Shown here piece after piece: positions 63,983-64,000 of a stretch of 64,000 nt of DNA. The translations under genes were made by a program, and so were the position numbers. Position 1 is the first letter of the stretch. Each line of letters opens with the position of its first letter. Origin of the DNA: Eledone cirrhosa (Eukaryota); NCBI GenBank assembly GCA_964016885.1, contig OZ024741.1:338830001-338894000 (forward strand). The letters run 5' to 3'. Below the pieces are notes generated by a model that worked only from the letters and a program-made list of their open reading frames with translations, was not told the origin of the DNA and did not search any database.

Positions 63983-64000
63983 AGCTACAAACACACACAC

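Overview
Non-coding eukaryotic repeat DNA with no credible protein-coding gene. Bases 1-61032 are one head-to-tail array of a 50-bp monomer (consensus AGACTGTCATATCTGTGAAGGTGTGTGGTCTACTGGTTAGAGTGTTAGAC, about 1,220 copies, open at the left edge). It contains nested higher-order duplications of about 0.6, 1.2, 1.4-1.55, 3.2, 4.35 and 5.1 kb. The key observation is at the right junction. The last monomer carries a perfect RNA polymerase III A-box (TGGCCTAGTGG) and continues without a gap into a degenerate B-box and a SINE-type body. The satellite therefore appears to be an amplified 5' head of a tRNA-derived SINE, with the seed element still in place. The last 3 kb is AT-rich and holds microsatellites, several SINE fragments, two minimal hammerhead-ribozyme-like motifs of the kind carried by Penelope-like elements, and a nested palindrome of about 575 bp. 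The SINE fragments resemble, from memory only, octopus/cephalopod families. Family and organism assignments are by recognition, not database search.
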